Both the position numbers and the translations under genes were made by a program. Shown piece by piece: positions 63,289 through 64,000 of a stretch of 64,000 nucleotides of DNA; the first letter of the stretch is position 1, and the number at the start of each line of letters is the position of its first letter. The stretch lies in contig OZ037771.1 of NCBI GenBank assembly GCA_964035545.1, forward strand, positions 12,032,480-12,096,479, given 5' to 3'. A model generated the notes under the pieces. It made no database searches, was not told the DNA's origin, and saw only the letters and a program-made list of their open reading frames with translations. The stretch comes from Bugula neritina. Taxonomy: Eukaryota > Animalia > Bryozoa.

Positions 63289-64000
63289 ACTTGCATGATC
63301 GAATCAATTTGTACAAATACAATTACCACCCACTTGGGTAGACTGGTTACAAGATAAAGATTAGAATTTACAGTATTTTAAAGGCCACAATCCTTGTAAA
63401 GTTACTATAATAGCTTTATGTGATTAATAATTAAATGTAATGTGCTTAATTTCTGTGCTCAAAACTAAATATTTTTATTGATTTGCTTCTGTATATTACT
63501 TTAATTATTTGACTGGTATATCATTTTATGCCACAAGTGTAGTTTGTATTTGATGTGTGAAATGCCTATATGTTTTAACCATGGACAATCTCTTAAATAT
63601 TGGTTTTCAAACTACTGAATAATATATTTTTTGTTAAAATCTATTTTTATAATTTGTCTCTCTGTAAACTTCTTTTATAGATGTCTATTTTATTTCAATT
63701 TATTTGATATATAAAGATTTTGGAAACCTGCATTGCAAACTTTTACATTGTATTGCACCTTATATTACAGTATCTTATATTACAGCGCCTTATATTGTAG
63801 TACCTTATAATATTACTGTATTTTATATTACAGTATCCTATATTACAACATCAACATCTTATATGACGTCATGCATGGTAGATGGGATTTATATAATATG
63901 TCTACTATCAGTAGATTTTATTTTCTGTAGACTTTTTAACTAAGTGTTTACTAAAAACAATAATTATATGGATCAAGGTTCTATATTGCATTATTTTGTA

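Overview
AT-rich, intron-rich animal genomic DNA, probably a protostome invertebrate; the GPCR carries a protostome CCK/sulfakinin-receptor signature. I assembled four spliced genes by hand, using GT-AG sites and phase continuity. (1) An unnamed minus-strand gene running off the window start. It encodes an N-terminal membrane anchor, an acidic/His-rich disordered tail with PPxY/YxxPhi motifs, and a C-terminal domain with trypsin-like His and Asp motifs. It is not in the ORF track and is the best candidate for something undescribed, but it may be damaged. (2) A complete FARP/Cdep-type FERM-DH-PH-PH gene (12230-32804, minus) with two symmetric cassette exons and three tandemly duplicated splice donors. 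(3) A complete 16-exon TBC1D19 (38796-46856, minus) with a 258-bp spacerless palindrome in one intron. (4) A complete 8-exon CCK/sulfakinin-type GPCR (55157-63275, plus). The window also holds a decayed Gypsy retrotransposon, several solo LTRs with TSDs, several MITEs (one nested), a tRNA-derived SINE family and many minisatellites. All homology calls are from recalled family motifs; no database search was run.
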